Shown: in pieces, positions 14,289 through 23,222 of the stretch
Layout: every line of letters begins with the position of its first letter
Position numbering within the stretch: the stretch's first letter is position 1
IMG/VR virus record: IMGVR_UViG_3300042922_001138
Span: 1-26,079 of that record
Direction: 5' to 3' (one strand)
Source: a virus
Taxonomy: Duplodnaviria > Caudoviricetes
Length of the DNA stretch: 26,079 nt
Notes under the pieces: generated by a model
Database searches by the model: none
Told to the model about the DNA's origin: nothing
Seen by the model: the letters and a program-made list of their open reading frames with translations, nothing else
Made by a program: the position numbers and the translations under genes

Positions 14289-17105
14289 CTACCGTTTGGG
14301 CAGCGACTGAACAGCGCGCCGCAGCTTCTCGTCCCGCTGGCGCTCGATGTCGCGCGGGTCGAATGCGAAGTACGTCGCGTTGTCCACGACCTGCACCAGC
14401 GGCCCCGACTGCTGCCGAGGCGCGGCACCCGCCGACACCACGATCGGCGCGGCCATCGCTGGCACGTCCGTCCGCCACGTCGACGCCGGCACCACGGGCC
14501 CGCCGTCAGCGAGCCGCAGTACGCCGGACAGCAGCGCCTGACGCAGCCGGAACACACCCGCGTGACCGCCGGCCGCGTCGACCTCCGCAGCCGTGAGCAT
14601 GTGCTCGCCGTTGGACGCCATGATCGGCACCAGATCGTCGCGCGGACCACCCGCTCCGAAGATCGGGCCACCCCACGCGCGTCCCGGGAACGTGCCACCG
14701 CTGCCGATGCGCCCGCTGCCGAGATTCGCGAAGGTGTTCGCCACGGTGGACAGCGCGAGCTTGATTGCGTCGATCGCGCGCTGCGCAGGCGAGGCGTCCG
14801 CGTTGATCACGATCGTCCCGTCGGGCAGGGTCTCCACGCGGGTAGCGAGGTTCTGCACCTTGGCCTGCTCGTCTGTCGCGTTCGAGCTGTAGGCCGTCGT
14901 CGCGGAGGGTGGCGTCTGCAGGACCGTGTCGATGAGCGCGCGCGCCTGGTCCTCGGTGAGTCCCATCGCCTCGAGCTGCGACTGCAGCGCGCTCGTCGCG
15001 GATTGGTACCGCCCGGTCAGGGCTTCCTGGCTCTCGCCCGCGGCCTGAGCTGCGGACACTTCCTCGGACAGTGCAGCGATCGCGCCGCGCACCTGGTCCT
15101 CGAGCAGGGCGCCGGACTCAGAGGCCCGAGCGTTGCTCGCGTCGAAGCCCTCGAGCAGGAGTCGTGATCCGTCCGCCGAGTAGCCGACGCCGTCGATCGC
15201 CGTGGCGAGCCGCAGCGAGGCGTCGTTCAGGAAGCCCATTGCGACCGCGGGCTCGCCGAACTCGTTCAGCTTGCCGCGTGCCTCGTCGAGCGCCGATCCG
15301 AGGTTCTCTCGCATGGTGTCGGCCGCGATGTCCGTCTGCTCGTCGAACCCGCGCATGCTGTCGCGCAGCTTGTCGAGTTCGGCAGGTCGCCCTTCGAAGC
15401 CGTTCACTGCGTCGATCAGGGCCGCGATGCCGTCGACCGTGTCCGCGAGCGGACCAGCGACGAAGGACCCGAAGGCCTCCGTTCCCGCGGCTGCACTCTC
15501 GACGACGGACTCGCCGAAGTCGAGCGCCCCGTTCGCGAGGTCGAGGAAGAACTGCAGCACGGGACCACGGTTCTGCGAGACCCACTCCGCGACGTCGCCG
15601 AGGGGCTCAGAGAACGCGGACGCGAGAGCACCCTTGATCCCCTCGGCCGCGATCTCGATGTTCCGCTGCGCCTGAGCGATGCGAGACGAGTCGTTATCGG
15701 CGAGGGTGCTGAACATCCGGTCGGCCGCGCCCTGCACGCCGTTGAGCTGGTCGACGGCGCTGGTCAGGTCGAGCGAGAACAGCGCAGCGCCGAGGTCCTC
15801 CGCCTTGGTGCCGAACAGCTCGACGGCCGCGGCGTTGCGGACCACGGGGTCCTCGGTCTCGCGGAGCTTGTCGAGCACCTGCTGCAGACCCTCGCGGGCG
15901 CCGGTCCCGCCGGATGCGATCTTGGCCGTCATCTCCTCCGCCGAGAAGCCGAGCCGCTCGAACCCTGCAGCCGACAGCGTTGACGCGTCGGTCGCGCGGA
16001 TCTGGAACTCCTTGAGCGCGTCGGCGACGACGTCCGTGTTCCGAGCGCCGGACTCGAGGCCCTGATTCAGCAGCCCGAGCATCTCCTCGCCCGTGAGCCC
16101 GAGACGCCGCAGGACGACCGGGTACTCGGTGAGGGTGTCGAGGAGGTCCTCGTTCCGGTTCAGGCCCTCGCGGGCGCCGGTCGCGAGGAGGTCGTACGCG
16201 CGGAGCGCCGAGTTCGCCATGCCGCTGCTGAGCAGCACGGACACCGCGGTCGCCGACCGGGTTACGTCTTCGTCGAGGACGTCGGCGATACCGCCCAGTC
16301 CCTCGACGACCTTCTGCGCATCGCGCGTCGTGGCGTCCTCGTCGATCAGATCGAACTGCAGAGCGAGCCGCGTGGTGTTCATGTTCGACTCGATCGACTC
16401 GCCGAAGTTGTTCGCGTAGGCCTCGCCGGCCACCCGCGCGAAGCGGGCCGCGGAGTCCTCGCTGATGCCAGTCAAGCCCTCGAGGCGGTCCTGGCGGACC
16501 TCGATCTGCAGCGCGGACTGGAACTCGTTGATCAGCACGTCGGCCGCGGTGTGCCCTATCTTCGCGACGGCGCCTGCGATGGGGATGCTCGCCAGGCCGG
16601 CGACGATACCGCTCACCAGGGCAGCCCCGCCGCGTCGCCCGCCGTCGCCGCCGGCTTCCTCCGCGGAGTCCGCGACCTCGTCGAGAGCGGCCTCGGCGGA
16701 TGACGTGTCGGCGTCGACCTCCATCGTGGCGCGGGCACCGCGGAGTCCGTTGAGATTCCCCTCGACGCGGCGGAGGTTCGCCTCGGCGCGTCGGATGTCA
16801 GCGGACACGTCGAGTTCGGTGGACACCGACCGCAGGTAGTCGAGGTTCCCCTGGATGCGGGCGAGGTTCTTCTCGCCCTTCTCGATGTTCGCGTCGACGC
16901 GCGCGACGACCTCGGACGAGACGATCCGCTTCGCCTGCTCCTCGACGCGGTCCATCCCGGCGAGGGCGTCGGCCGGGTCGGCGTCGACCTTCTGCGTGAT
17001 GGGCTTCTTCTCGATGCGCTGGCCGGTGGCCTTGACGTTCTTCTCGGCACGCGCGAGGTCGTTGTCGTCGACCGTGAGCAGAACCTCGACTTCACCTGCG
17101 CGCAT
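14289..17105 (-). CDS. Tape measure protein (938 aa)
   Basis: Long Ala-rich helical protein; DALKEFQIRA and LFGTKAEDLG core; C-terminal GGPIFGAGGPRDDLVPIMASNGE motif; AGGAGG SD. Confidence 0.93.
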   Translation of the reverse strand: MRAGEVEVLLTVDDNDLARAEKNVKATGQRIEKKPITQKVDADPADALAGMDRVEEQAKRIVSSEVVARVDANIEKGEKNLARIQGNLDYLRSVSTELDVSADIRRAEANLRRVEGNLNGLRGARATMEVDADTSSAEAALDEVADSAEEAGGDGGRRGGAALVSGIVAGLASIPIAGAVAKIGHTAADVLINEFQSALQIEVRQDRLEGLTGISEDSAARFARVAGEAYANNFGESIESNMNTTRLALQFDLIDEDATTRDAQKVVEGLGGIADVLDEDVTRSATAVSVLLSSGMANSALRAYDLLATGAREGLNRNEDLLDTLTEYPVVLRRLGLTGEEMLGLLNQGLESGARNTDVVADALKEFQIRATDASTLSAAGFERLGFSAEEMTAKIASGGTGAREGLQQVLDKLRETEDPVVRNAAAVELFGTKAEDLGAALFSLDLTSAVDQLNGVQGAADRMFSTLADNDSSRIAQAQRNIEIAAEGIKGALASAFSEPLGDVAEWVSQNRGPVLQFFLDLANGALDFGESVVESAAAGTEAFGSFVAGPLADTVDGIAALIDAVNGFEGRPAELDKLRDSMRGFDEQTDIAADTMRENLGSALDEARGKLNEFGEPAVAMGFLNDASLRLATAIDGVGYSADGSRLLLEGFDASNARASESGALLEDQVRGAIAALSEEVSAAQAAGESQEALTGRYQSATSALQSQLEAMGLTEDQARALIDTVLQTPPSATTAYSSNATDEQAKVQNLATRVETLPDGTIVINADASPAQRAIDAIKLALSTVANTFANLGSGRIGSGGTFPGRAWGGPIFGAGGPRDDLVPIMASNGEHMLTAAEVDAAGGHAGVFRLRQALLSGVLRLADGGPVVPASTWRTDVPAMAAPIVVSAGAAPRQQSGPLVQVVDNATYFAFDPRDIERQRDEKLRRAVQSLPKR

Positions 17106-17111
17106 GCGACG

Positions 17112-17459
17112 TCACCTCCTGGTGAGAGCCCGCCGCAGCCGGGACGTGGAGTCCGGTTCGAGCAGGGAGAAGATCAGCGTTCGGATGCCGGGCCACGGCC
17201 GCGCGCGCACGTCGTCGGACCACAGGTCGATCCCGAGGTCGAGGAGATCCGCGACGACGAGTCGCCAGTGCGTGACGATCGCGTACAGCGAGTCGTCGAC
17301 CGTGCTCGCCGCCGGGTCCGCTCCGGATGCGGTCTCCGTCGGTGCGTCGGGGAGCAGCTCGGCAGGGACGGGCAGGTAGTCCGAGTACCAGCCGTCCTCG
17401 TCAGCGACCGCGCCGGGTGCCGCGAACGGCGCCCAGTCCTCGGCCGTGACTAGCCTTTT
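17112..17459 (-). CDS. Tail assembly chaperone C-terminal extension (gpT-like frame reached by -1 frameshift)
   Basis: 116-codon open frame (KRLVTAEDWAPF...WRLVVADLLDLGIDLW...WPGIRTLIFSLL...SRLRRALTRR*) with no start codon near its 5' end, in the -1 frame relative to 17450-17887. Confidence 0.8.
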   Translation of the reverse strand, partial: KRLVTAEDWAPFAAPGAVADEDGWYSDYLPVPAELLPDAPTETASGADPAASTVDDSLYAIVTHWRLVVADLLDLGIDLWSDDVRARPWPGIRTLIFSLLEPDSTSRLRRALTRR

Positions 17460-17887
17460 CGCGGGGCATCACCGGACGACCCGGCGCCCTGCCCCTCGGC
17501 GTTGCGCGGTGACCACATGAGTTTCGCGAGCGCGTCGGCGTACCGCTTGCCGCGCGCCCAGTAGAAGATCGCGTAGTACGCGGCCCGGTCGATCGTCGCC
17601 GACGAGATGCCGGCGTCGCGCATCTCGTAGAACGAGGCGCCGAGCGCGGGGTGATCCCCCGCCTCGATCGAGTCGAGGACTTCCTGGATCGGCTCGGGGA
17701 TCTCGACCCCGGAGACGACGCCCATGTTCACCTCGCCGCGGACGGCGAGAGCGAGCACCTTCGCCGAGTCCTCGACGGACGGGGGGCGCACCCGGAAGGT
17801 GTGCCCCCCGTTTCCCTCGGAGTCAGCCCCGAGGTTGACGAAGACGAGATCCGGCGCCGCCCACTCCGTGAAGTCGACAGCGCTCAC
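17450..17887 (-). CDS. Tail assembly chaperone (gpG-like)
   Basis: Between tail tube and tape measure; ends CCG CGA AAA GGC TAG. Confidence 0.85.
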   Translation of the reverse strand: MSAVDFTEWAAPDLVFVNLGADSEGNGGHTFRVRPPSVEDSAKVLALAVRGEVNMGVVSGVEIPEPIQEVLDSIEAGDHPALGASFYEMRDAGISSATIDRAAYYAIFYWARGKRYADALAKLMWSPRNAEGQGAGSSGDAPRKG

Positions 17888-17889
17888 GA

Positions 17890-18663
17890 TCAGGCCCCGC
17901 GGGTGAAGGTGAACGGAGCCGAGGCGCCGCCTGCCGTGGTGACGACGATGTCGACGTCGCCCGCGTCACCGACCGGGAGCTGCGCCACGAGGGACACGGC
18001 GCTGACGGGCAGGAACTCGACCGGTGCGCCCTCGATGGTGACGGCCGTCGCGCCGAGCAGACCGGAGCCCGTGACGGACAGCAGGTCGTTGTCGGTGGGG
18101 ATGTTGCCGCCTGGACCGGTGACGGAGGCGACCAGCGGCGCGGTCGCGTTCCAGCCGGTGAACGGGTTCGAGATCTCCTCGTAGGAGCCCTTCCCCGAGA
18201 GCGTCCATCCGAGGACCTCGATCTCGCCGCCGGGGCCCGTGTTCTGACGGGACTTGGCGACGGTCGCGAAGCCGCGGCCGGCGTCTTCGGGGTTCGGGGT
18301 TCCGAACTGCGGCTTGTGGTACCAGCGGTAGTCGATGACCGCCAACTCGCCGACGGCACCCGGGCGTGTGCGGGCGAGCAGCGCCTCGATCTCCGGCAGG
18401 TACCGGCCGGTCGCGAGCGAGCGGTTCACCTGCGTGTTGAACGAGTGGCCGAAGCCGCGCGCCGTGACGTCCGAGTTCGGCGAGCCGAGGTCGTCGTACG
18501 TCTGCGCGTCCTGCGTGGTCTCGGTGTCGGCGGGCTGGTAGCCGAACATGCGTCGGACGGCCTGCCAGAGGGGCGCGTCGTACGTGCCGAGGTTGACGTC
18601 GATGCCGTACTCGAAGCTCTTTCCGAGCGTCGTGCCGGCGGGGAGCTGAGTCTGCGGGTTCAT
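17890..18663 (-). CDS. Major tail (tube) protein with a C-terminal Ig-like (IPT/TIG) domain
   Basis: Position in the operon; C-terminal VTGSGLLGATAVTI...VDIVVTTAGGASAPFTF is IPT/TIG-like. Confidence 0.85.
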   Translation of the reverse strand: MNPQTQLPAGTTLGKSFEYGIDVNLGTYDAPLWQAVRRMFGYQPADTETTQDAQTYDDLGSPNSDVTARGFGHSFNTQVNRSLATGRYLPEIEALLARTRPGAVGELAVIDYRWYHKPQFGTPNPEDAGRGFATVAKSRQNTGPGGEIEVLGWTLSGKGSYEEISNPFTGWNATAPLVASVTGPGGNIPTDNDLLSVTGSGLLGATAVTIEGAPVEFLPVSAVSLVAQLPVGDAGDVDIVVTTAGGASAPFTFTRGA

Positions 18664-19082
18664 TGGATTGCCTCCGGGTTGTCGAGGATGATCTGGTAGT
18701 TGTCGGACCGCTCCTCGCGGCCCTTGGTGTCGGCCCCGAGGGGCCCCTGCGAGATGCGACGGATGTCGCTGATCCCTCCCACCCGGGAGAGTCCGTGCAG
18801 CACGACGAAGGCGACGCCCGCGAGAACGTCGGCGCCGGCCGGGTCGTAGGGTGCTCCGCGCAGCCGGAGCTGCACGCGGCGCACGGAGAGGTCGTCGTCG
18901 GTCGATGCGTAGACGCGGACGCCGATCGTTCGGTTCGGGGTGTCCTGCGTCGCGCCGTAGCGGATGCCGACGACGTCCTGCGTGTAGTCCGGTGCGTCCG
19001 GGTCAGCGACCCACGACCACCCGGGGACGCCGCCGAGGATCTCGCACAGGCGGTACGTCAGCGCGGCGTCGTCAATCTGCAC
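18660..19082 (-). CDS. Tail terminator protein
   Basis: Directly before the tail tube; VQLRLRG and PLGADTKGREERSDNY motifs. Confidence 0.72.
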   Translation of the reverse strand: MQIDDAALTYRLCEILGGVPGWSWVADPDAPDYTQDVVGIRYGATQDTPNRTIGVRVYASTDDDLSVRRVQLRLRGAPYDPAGADVLAGVAFVVLHGLSRVGGISDIRRISQGPLGADTKGREERSDNYQIILDNPEAIQ

Positions 19083-19398
19083 GAAGCACCGCCCGGATAT
19101 GGTCGGCGACCGGCTTCGCGACGTCGGTCTCGAGCGCGGCGGTCTCGAGGTACTTCGCCTCGCCGCCGTTCGGGTGCTCGTACTCGGTCTTCTCGTGCTG
19201 CAGCCAGGCGTGGGGCGCGTCGAAGATCACCTCGACCTCACCGGCCTCGCCGACGACGACCTTCCCGGAGCGCCAGAGGACCTTGTCGTCGACGGGCACG
19301 CGGGCTCGCGCGGCCTTGAGGACGTCGCGGCCGGCCTGTCGGAGGCCGTCGTCGGCGGCGTTCAGGATCGTGTCCGAGAGTGCGCGGTGCATCTTCAC
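19072..19398 (-). CDS. HK97 gp10-like tail-completion protein
   Basis: VPVDDKVLWRSG...HE...HPNGGEAKYLE pattern; GAGGAGG SD before GTG 19398. Confidence 0.75.
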   Translation of the reverse strand: MKMHRALSDTILNAADDGLRQAGRDVLKAARARVPVDDKVLWRSGKVVVGEAGEVEVIFDAPHAWLQHEKTEYEHPNGGEAKYLETAALETDVAKPVADHIRAVLRAD

Positions 19399-19408
19399 GG
19401 CGACCTCC

Positions 19409-19738
19409 TCACTCGAGGGACAGGACGAGCTGCGACGGCAGGTCGTCGCCGTTCTCCTCACGCGACACCGCGATCACGACGGCGGTGCGCTCGACGGCGC
19501 GGCCGGGCCACAGGGTGACCTCGGACCCGAGGGGCGCGTCGACGTCAACGGCCACGGTGACCCGCGCGGACGATGCGACCTGCACGCCGTCGACGCCGCG
19601 GATCATGCGGAACGAGTCGTCGACCTCGGCGCGGGTAGCCGGCGGGTCGGTGGCGCTGAGGCGCGGGCCCATGCCGGCGCCCTTGCGCATGGGCCGGATG
19701 CGGACGGTGTGAGGGAACCAGAACGCGTCGTCGCTCAC
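19409..19738 (-). CDS. Head-to-tail stopper
   Basis: Position and size; beta-rich; PLGSEVTL motif. Confidence 0.68.
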   Translation of the reverse strand: MSDDAFWFPHTVRIRPMRKGAGMGPRLSATDPPATRAEVDDSFRMIRGVDGVQVASSARVTVAVDVDAPLGSEVTLWPGRAVERTAVVIAVSREENGDDLPSQLVLSLE

Positions 19739-20130
19739 GAGTAGCCGCCCTCGGGGAACAGCTTCGACAGGGGGCGCTCGGTGGGGAACGATCCGACGGG
19801 CATCGCTCGGGTGGGCTGCGTCGCGCCGTCCGGGCAGAGGAGTCGGAGACCCGAGATGTCCTCGGGGAAGAATGCGGAGCGCACGTCGCGGTAGCTACGG
19901 TTCGTGCCGTTGCGTCCCTGCGATGCGATCGTGCCGGTCCCGATGGAAGCCGCCCGCGCGGCCACGCCCTTGAGGATCGCGACGACCGCGGTGCGCTCGG
20001 GGGTGTCGTCGTCGAACTCGGGCAGGCAGGGTGCCAGCTGTCGGGCTCGGAGGATGAGACGGATCGCGAGGTCCTTGTCGCCGCCGATCACGTCGGCATC
20101 CACTCCCCCGATGTTGAGTGCGAACGCCAT
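19735..20130 (-). CDS. Head-to-tail adaptor
   Basis: ARQLAPCL...AILKG pattern; GAGGAG SD; first gene after the capsid module. Confidence 0.7.
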   Translation of the reverse strand: MAFALNIGGVDADVIGGDKDLAIRLILRARQLAPCLPEFDDDTPERTAVVAILKGVAARAASIGTGTIASQGRNGTNRSYRDVRSAFFPEDISGLRLLCPDGATQPTRAMPVGSFPTERPLSKLFPEGGYS

Positions 20131-20148
20131 GCGGGACTCCTCTCGTCT

Positions 20149-20314
20149 GCGCCCTGCTGAGCGCTGTCAGCGCCGCGACGGCGTGACTGTGCGGGTATGC
20201 CCGCCGAGCGCGTCAGCGGGGCGCGTGGCACTCGCCACGGCAGGAGGCGGAACGACCCCCGGTGCCCACGGCCGGGGGTCGTTCCTGTCTTGCATCTCGA
20301 CCCGAAGGTCGGGA
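20149..20314. ncRNA. Candidate structured RNA / attenuator element (three-way junction plus three hairpins)
   Basis: Nearly the whole intergenic region can base-pair (see findings); strand and function are unknown. Confidence 0.45.
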
Positions 20315-20680
20315 CTACTTGGCGGACGTCTTCGGCGCCTGCCGAGCCGTCGCCAGCTCGGCCTTCGCCTGATCGGCGTCGGCTCGTGCTGCGACGGCGT
20401 CGGCCTTCGCCTGCGCCAGCGCAGCGGACTGCGCGTCGGTCGCGGCCTTGACCGCGGCGTCGACGTCGTCCTGCGAGAAGGCGACCGGCTCGGGCTCGAC
20501 CTCGGGCAGCTCGTACTCCTCGATGAAGCCCTGCTTCACCAGTCGCTCGAGCTGCTCCTCGGACACGCCCTGCGGGACGAGTTCGCCGCGGCGGACGAAG
20601 ACGGCCACGCTGTTGCTGCCGGGGCCACCGATGGAGACCTTCACGACCGTGGCCGTTGCGATGTGCAGCGTCATGGTCAC
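20315..20680 (-). CDS. Hypothetical capsid-adjacent protein
   Basis: GTGA overlap with the capsid stop; RRGELVP...QLERLVKQGFIEE core and an Ala-rich tail. Confidence 0.75.
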   Translation of the reverse strand: MTMTLHIATATVVKVSIGGPGSNSVAVFVRRGELVPQGVSEEQLERLVKQGFIEEYELPEVEPEPVAFSQDDVDAAVKAATDAQSAALAQAKADAVAARADADQAKAELATARQAPKTSAK

Positions 20681-21585
20681 TCCGTCCCGGTCAGGTAGAA
20701 CGCGGACAGCGGGTCGGTCACGAGCGGCACGTGCACGTTGCGAGCCTGCAGGCGGGTCTTCTCCGCCTTCGCCTCGCGGATGGCCGCGATCTCCACGCCC
20801 GTGTCGCCGCCGATGTGGCGCATCTCGGGCGTGACGATCTGCTCACGCGCGATGCCGCCGAAGCGACGCCGGTCGAGGAACAGCGGGTCGGGCAGATCGT
20901 CGCCGTCGTCCGAGATCCAGGTGATGCCGGCCACGGTCGGGAAGCCGTCCGTGAGCGCCTGGCGGTCGTCCTTCGGCAGGATGTCGAGCAGCTCGGGGAT
21001 GACCTCCGCGTACAGCTCGCCGGGGAGCACGACGGTGTCGATGTCGTAGCCGAGCTTCTGCGCACGAGTGCGCGCCTTGATGCGCAGCGCGTCCTTGTAC
21101 ACCTGCTTGCCGGTGGTCCAGGCGGCGCCCGCGGCGAGGGTGTTGGTCACCGAGGAGGCGACCACGCCGAGCGCCATCTCGTTGGCCGCGAAGACCAGTT
21201 CGGTCTGCAGGAAGGTGAACGCGTCGTCGACGGGCGAGCGCAGCAGGCGGGTGACCTGCTCGTCGGTGACCTCGGTCGCGAGGCCCTCCTTCGCCGCCTG
21301 GTAGAACTCGTACTCTTCCTGCGACATCGGCGTGAGCTTGTACTCGCTGCCCGGTGCCACGACCTCGGCGCCCCGCTGCGCGCGGATGACCTCGTTCTTC
21401 GGGACGCCGATCGAGCCGCCCTGGATCGTGAAGCGCTTCGTCAGCAGGTAGAGGCCGAGGAACTGCTGCGCGGTCAGGATCTCCCCGAAGCGCCGAGCGA
21501 CGAGCGTCGGCGACTTGAGGAATGCGATGACGTCCGCGGCGGTGACGTTCGCGAGCTGGCTCGCGGTGTTCGGATAGGTCTGCAT
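20677..21585 (-). CDS. Major capsid protein
   Basis: 302 aa following the protease and decoration genes; AEVVAPGSEY and PLVTDP motifs; AAAGGAG SD. Confidence 0.88.
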   Translation of the reverse strand: MQTYPNTASQLANVTAADVIAFLKSPTLVARRFGEILTAQQFLGLYLLTKRFTIQGGSIGVPKNEVIRAQRGAEVVAPGSEYKLTPMSQEEYEFYQAAKEGLATEVTDEQVTRLLRSPVDDAFTFLQTELVFAANEMALGVVASSVTNTLAAGAAWTTGKQVYKDALRIKARTRAQKLGYDIDTVVLPGELYAEVIPELLDILPKDDRQALTDGFPTVAGITWISDDGDDLPDPLFLDRRRFGGIAREQIVTPEMRHIGGDTGVEIAAIREAKAEKTRLQARNVHVPLVTDPLSAFYLTGTE

Positions 21586-21600
21586 GTCCGTCTCTCCTTT

Positions 21601-21963
21601 CTAGAGCTGGATGGCACGGACGGCGGCGCCATCCGCGGCGGACGTGAGGGCGAGGTAGACCGCGGCGCCCGCGGCGAGGGTGCGGACCTTGCCCGCGCCT
21701 CCGGCCTCGAGGCGCTGGCCGCGGGTGACGGCACCCAGGGCGATCAGCTCGTGGATGGGCTTGCCCACCTCGACGGTGAGCTTGTCGCCGACGGCCGCGT
21801 CGTGCCCGGCGACGCCGACCACCTTCGCGGATGCGGCGGCAGCGGGCGCGACCGTCATGTCGGCGGTGCCGACCTCGACGGGAGAGCCGGCGGTGACGGC
21901 GGACGTGACGCCAAAGGTGACGGTGTCGCCCGGGCGGAACAGCGGGAGGTAGGACTTCGCCAT
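21601..21963 (-). CDS. Capsid decoration/cement protein (DUF2190-like)
   Basis: Small Gly/Ala/Val-rich protein with VVGVAGHDAAVGD, between scaffold and capsid. Confidence 0.78.
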   Translation of the reverse strand: MAKSYLPLFRPGDTVTFGVTSAVTAGSPVEVGTADMTVAPAAAASAKVVGVAGHDAAVGDKLTVEVGKPIHELIALGAVTRGQRLEAGGAGKVRTLAAGAAVYLALTSAADGAAVRAIQL

Positions 21964-21965
21964 GA

Positions 21966-23222
21966 TCAGGCCTCGACCTTCTGTGCGGAGGGGTACACGC
22001 GGTCGTGGAGGGCCGACTCCGAGTCGGTCACCTCGTCCGAGTGCCCCAGTTCGGTCACCGCGAGAGCGGTGTTCTTCGGGAATCCGTTGATGACCGCGGT
22101 GAAGCGCTCCTCGTTCTCGTCGAGCGCCTCGCGCCAGGCGTCCTTCGACGCGGCGACGATGCGGCCCTCGCGGAGCGCCGTCGCCACGAACTCGTCGCGA
22201 CGCGCCTTGATCTGCTCCTCGCGCGCCGTGGCGCCGAGAGCGGCCTGCGCCTTCATCTCCTCGAACGCGGCGCCGTCCACGACGACCGCACCCTTCGGGA
22301 TCGGGGGCGCTGCGGCAGCGGTGGGTGCGGGTTCCGCGAGCTTGCCGTCGAGCGCGCTGAGCAGCACGTCGTCGGAAGCAGCGGCATCGGTCACACCGAG
22401 CCGCTGCGCGAGACCAGCCTTGAGGTCGTCATAACCCATGACGTTTTCCTTTCGGTGGGGTTCACCCGACTCGGTCGAGACCGGGAGCTTGTGGGCCGAG
22501 GGGCGAGCCTCGGACGCGAACACGACGAGGCGGGCAGCGGAGTCTTCCGGCTCGTCCTCGTCGGGGATGAGGACCGTCTCATCGTCGTCACCGACGGTGT
22601 CGACGGGACCGGAGTCCTCGACCACTCCGACGCGGTCCGCGAGGCCCTGCTCGACCGCCGCGGTGGCGGTCATCCAGGTTTCGTCGGCGAGTAGCGTCGC
22701 CCAGTCCTTCTCGCCGGCCTTCGCCGTGTAGATCTCGATGATCGACTTCTCGATCCCGTCGAGGATGTCGGCCTGCTTGCGGAGCACGGTCGAGTTGCCC
22801 CAGGCGATGACCGATGGCGAGTGGATCATCATCTGCGTGCCGGGCGACATCACGCACTCGTTGCAGCCGGCCGCGATCACGGATGCGGCGGATGCCGCGC
22901 GCCCGTCGACGACTGCCGTCACGGTGGCCTTATGCGCCCGGAGCATGTTCAGGATCGACACGCCCTCGAACACCTCGCCACCCGGCGAGTTGATCCGCAG
23001 CACGATCTTGTCGACGGACTTCGGGAGCGCGTCGAGCACGGCGCTGACGTCCTTCGCCGAGACGCCCCAGTAGCCGCCCCAGGAGTCGATCGGTCCGTAG
23101 AGGCGGATGGTCGCGACCGTGCCGTCGCCGCTCGGGGCGGGGGTGGTCACGGCGTTGAAGAACTCCGCCTTCGACTCGGGGACCGGGAGCTTGCCCCAGT
23201 ACCGACTGTCGCGCTTGGTCAT
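21966..23222 (-). CDS. ClpP-type head maturation protease fused to a scaffolding domain
   Basis: LRINSPGGEVF, AASAAS (Ser), MMIHSP (His) and ETWM motifs; helical C-terminal scaffold. Confidence 0.92.
   Translation of the reverse strand: MTKRDSRYWGKLPVPESKAEFFNAVTTPAPSGDGTVATIRLYGPIDSWGGYWGVSAKDVSAVLDALPKSVDKIVLRINSPGGEVFEGVSILNMLRAHKATVTAVVDGRAASAASVIAAGCNECVMSPGTQMMIHSPSVIAWGNSTVLRKQADILDGIEKSIIEIYTAKAGEKDWATLLADETWMTATAAVEQGLADRVGVVEDSGPVDTVGDDDETVLIPDEDEPEDSAARLVVFASEARPSAHKLPVSTESGEPHRKENVMGYDDLKAGLAQRLGVTDAAASDDVLLSALDGKLAEPAPTAAAAPPIPKGAVVVDGAAFEEMKAQAALGATAREEQIKARRDEFVATALREGRIVAASKDAWREALDENEERFTAVINGFPKNTALAVTELGHSDEVTDSESALHDRVYPSAQKVEA

Noticed and set aside
13347-15167. 606-aa plus-strand ORF
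   Set aside because: Antisense shadow of Dit and tape measure; Arg-rich with no motifs.
20656-22434. 592-aa plus-strand ORF
   Set aside because: Antisense shadow of the capsid, decoration and scaffold genes.
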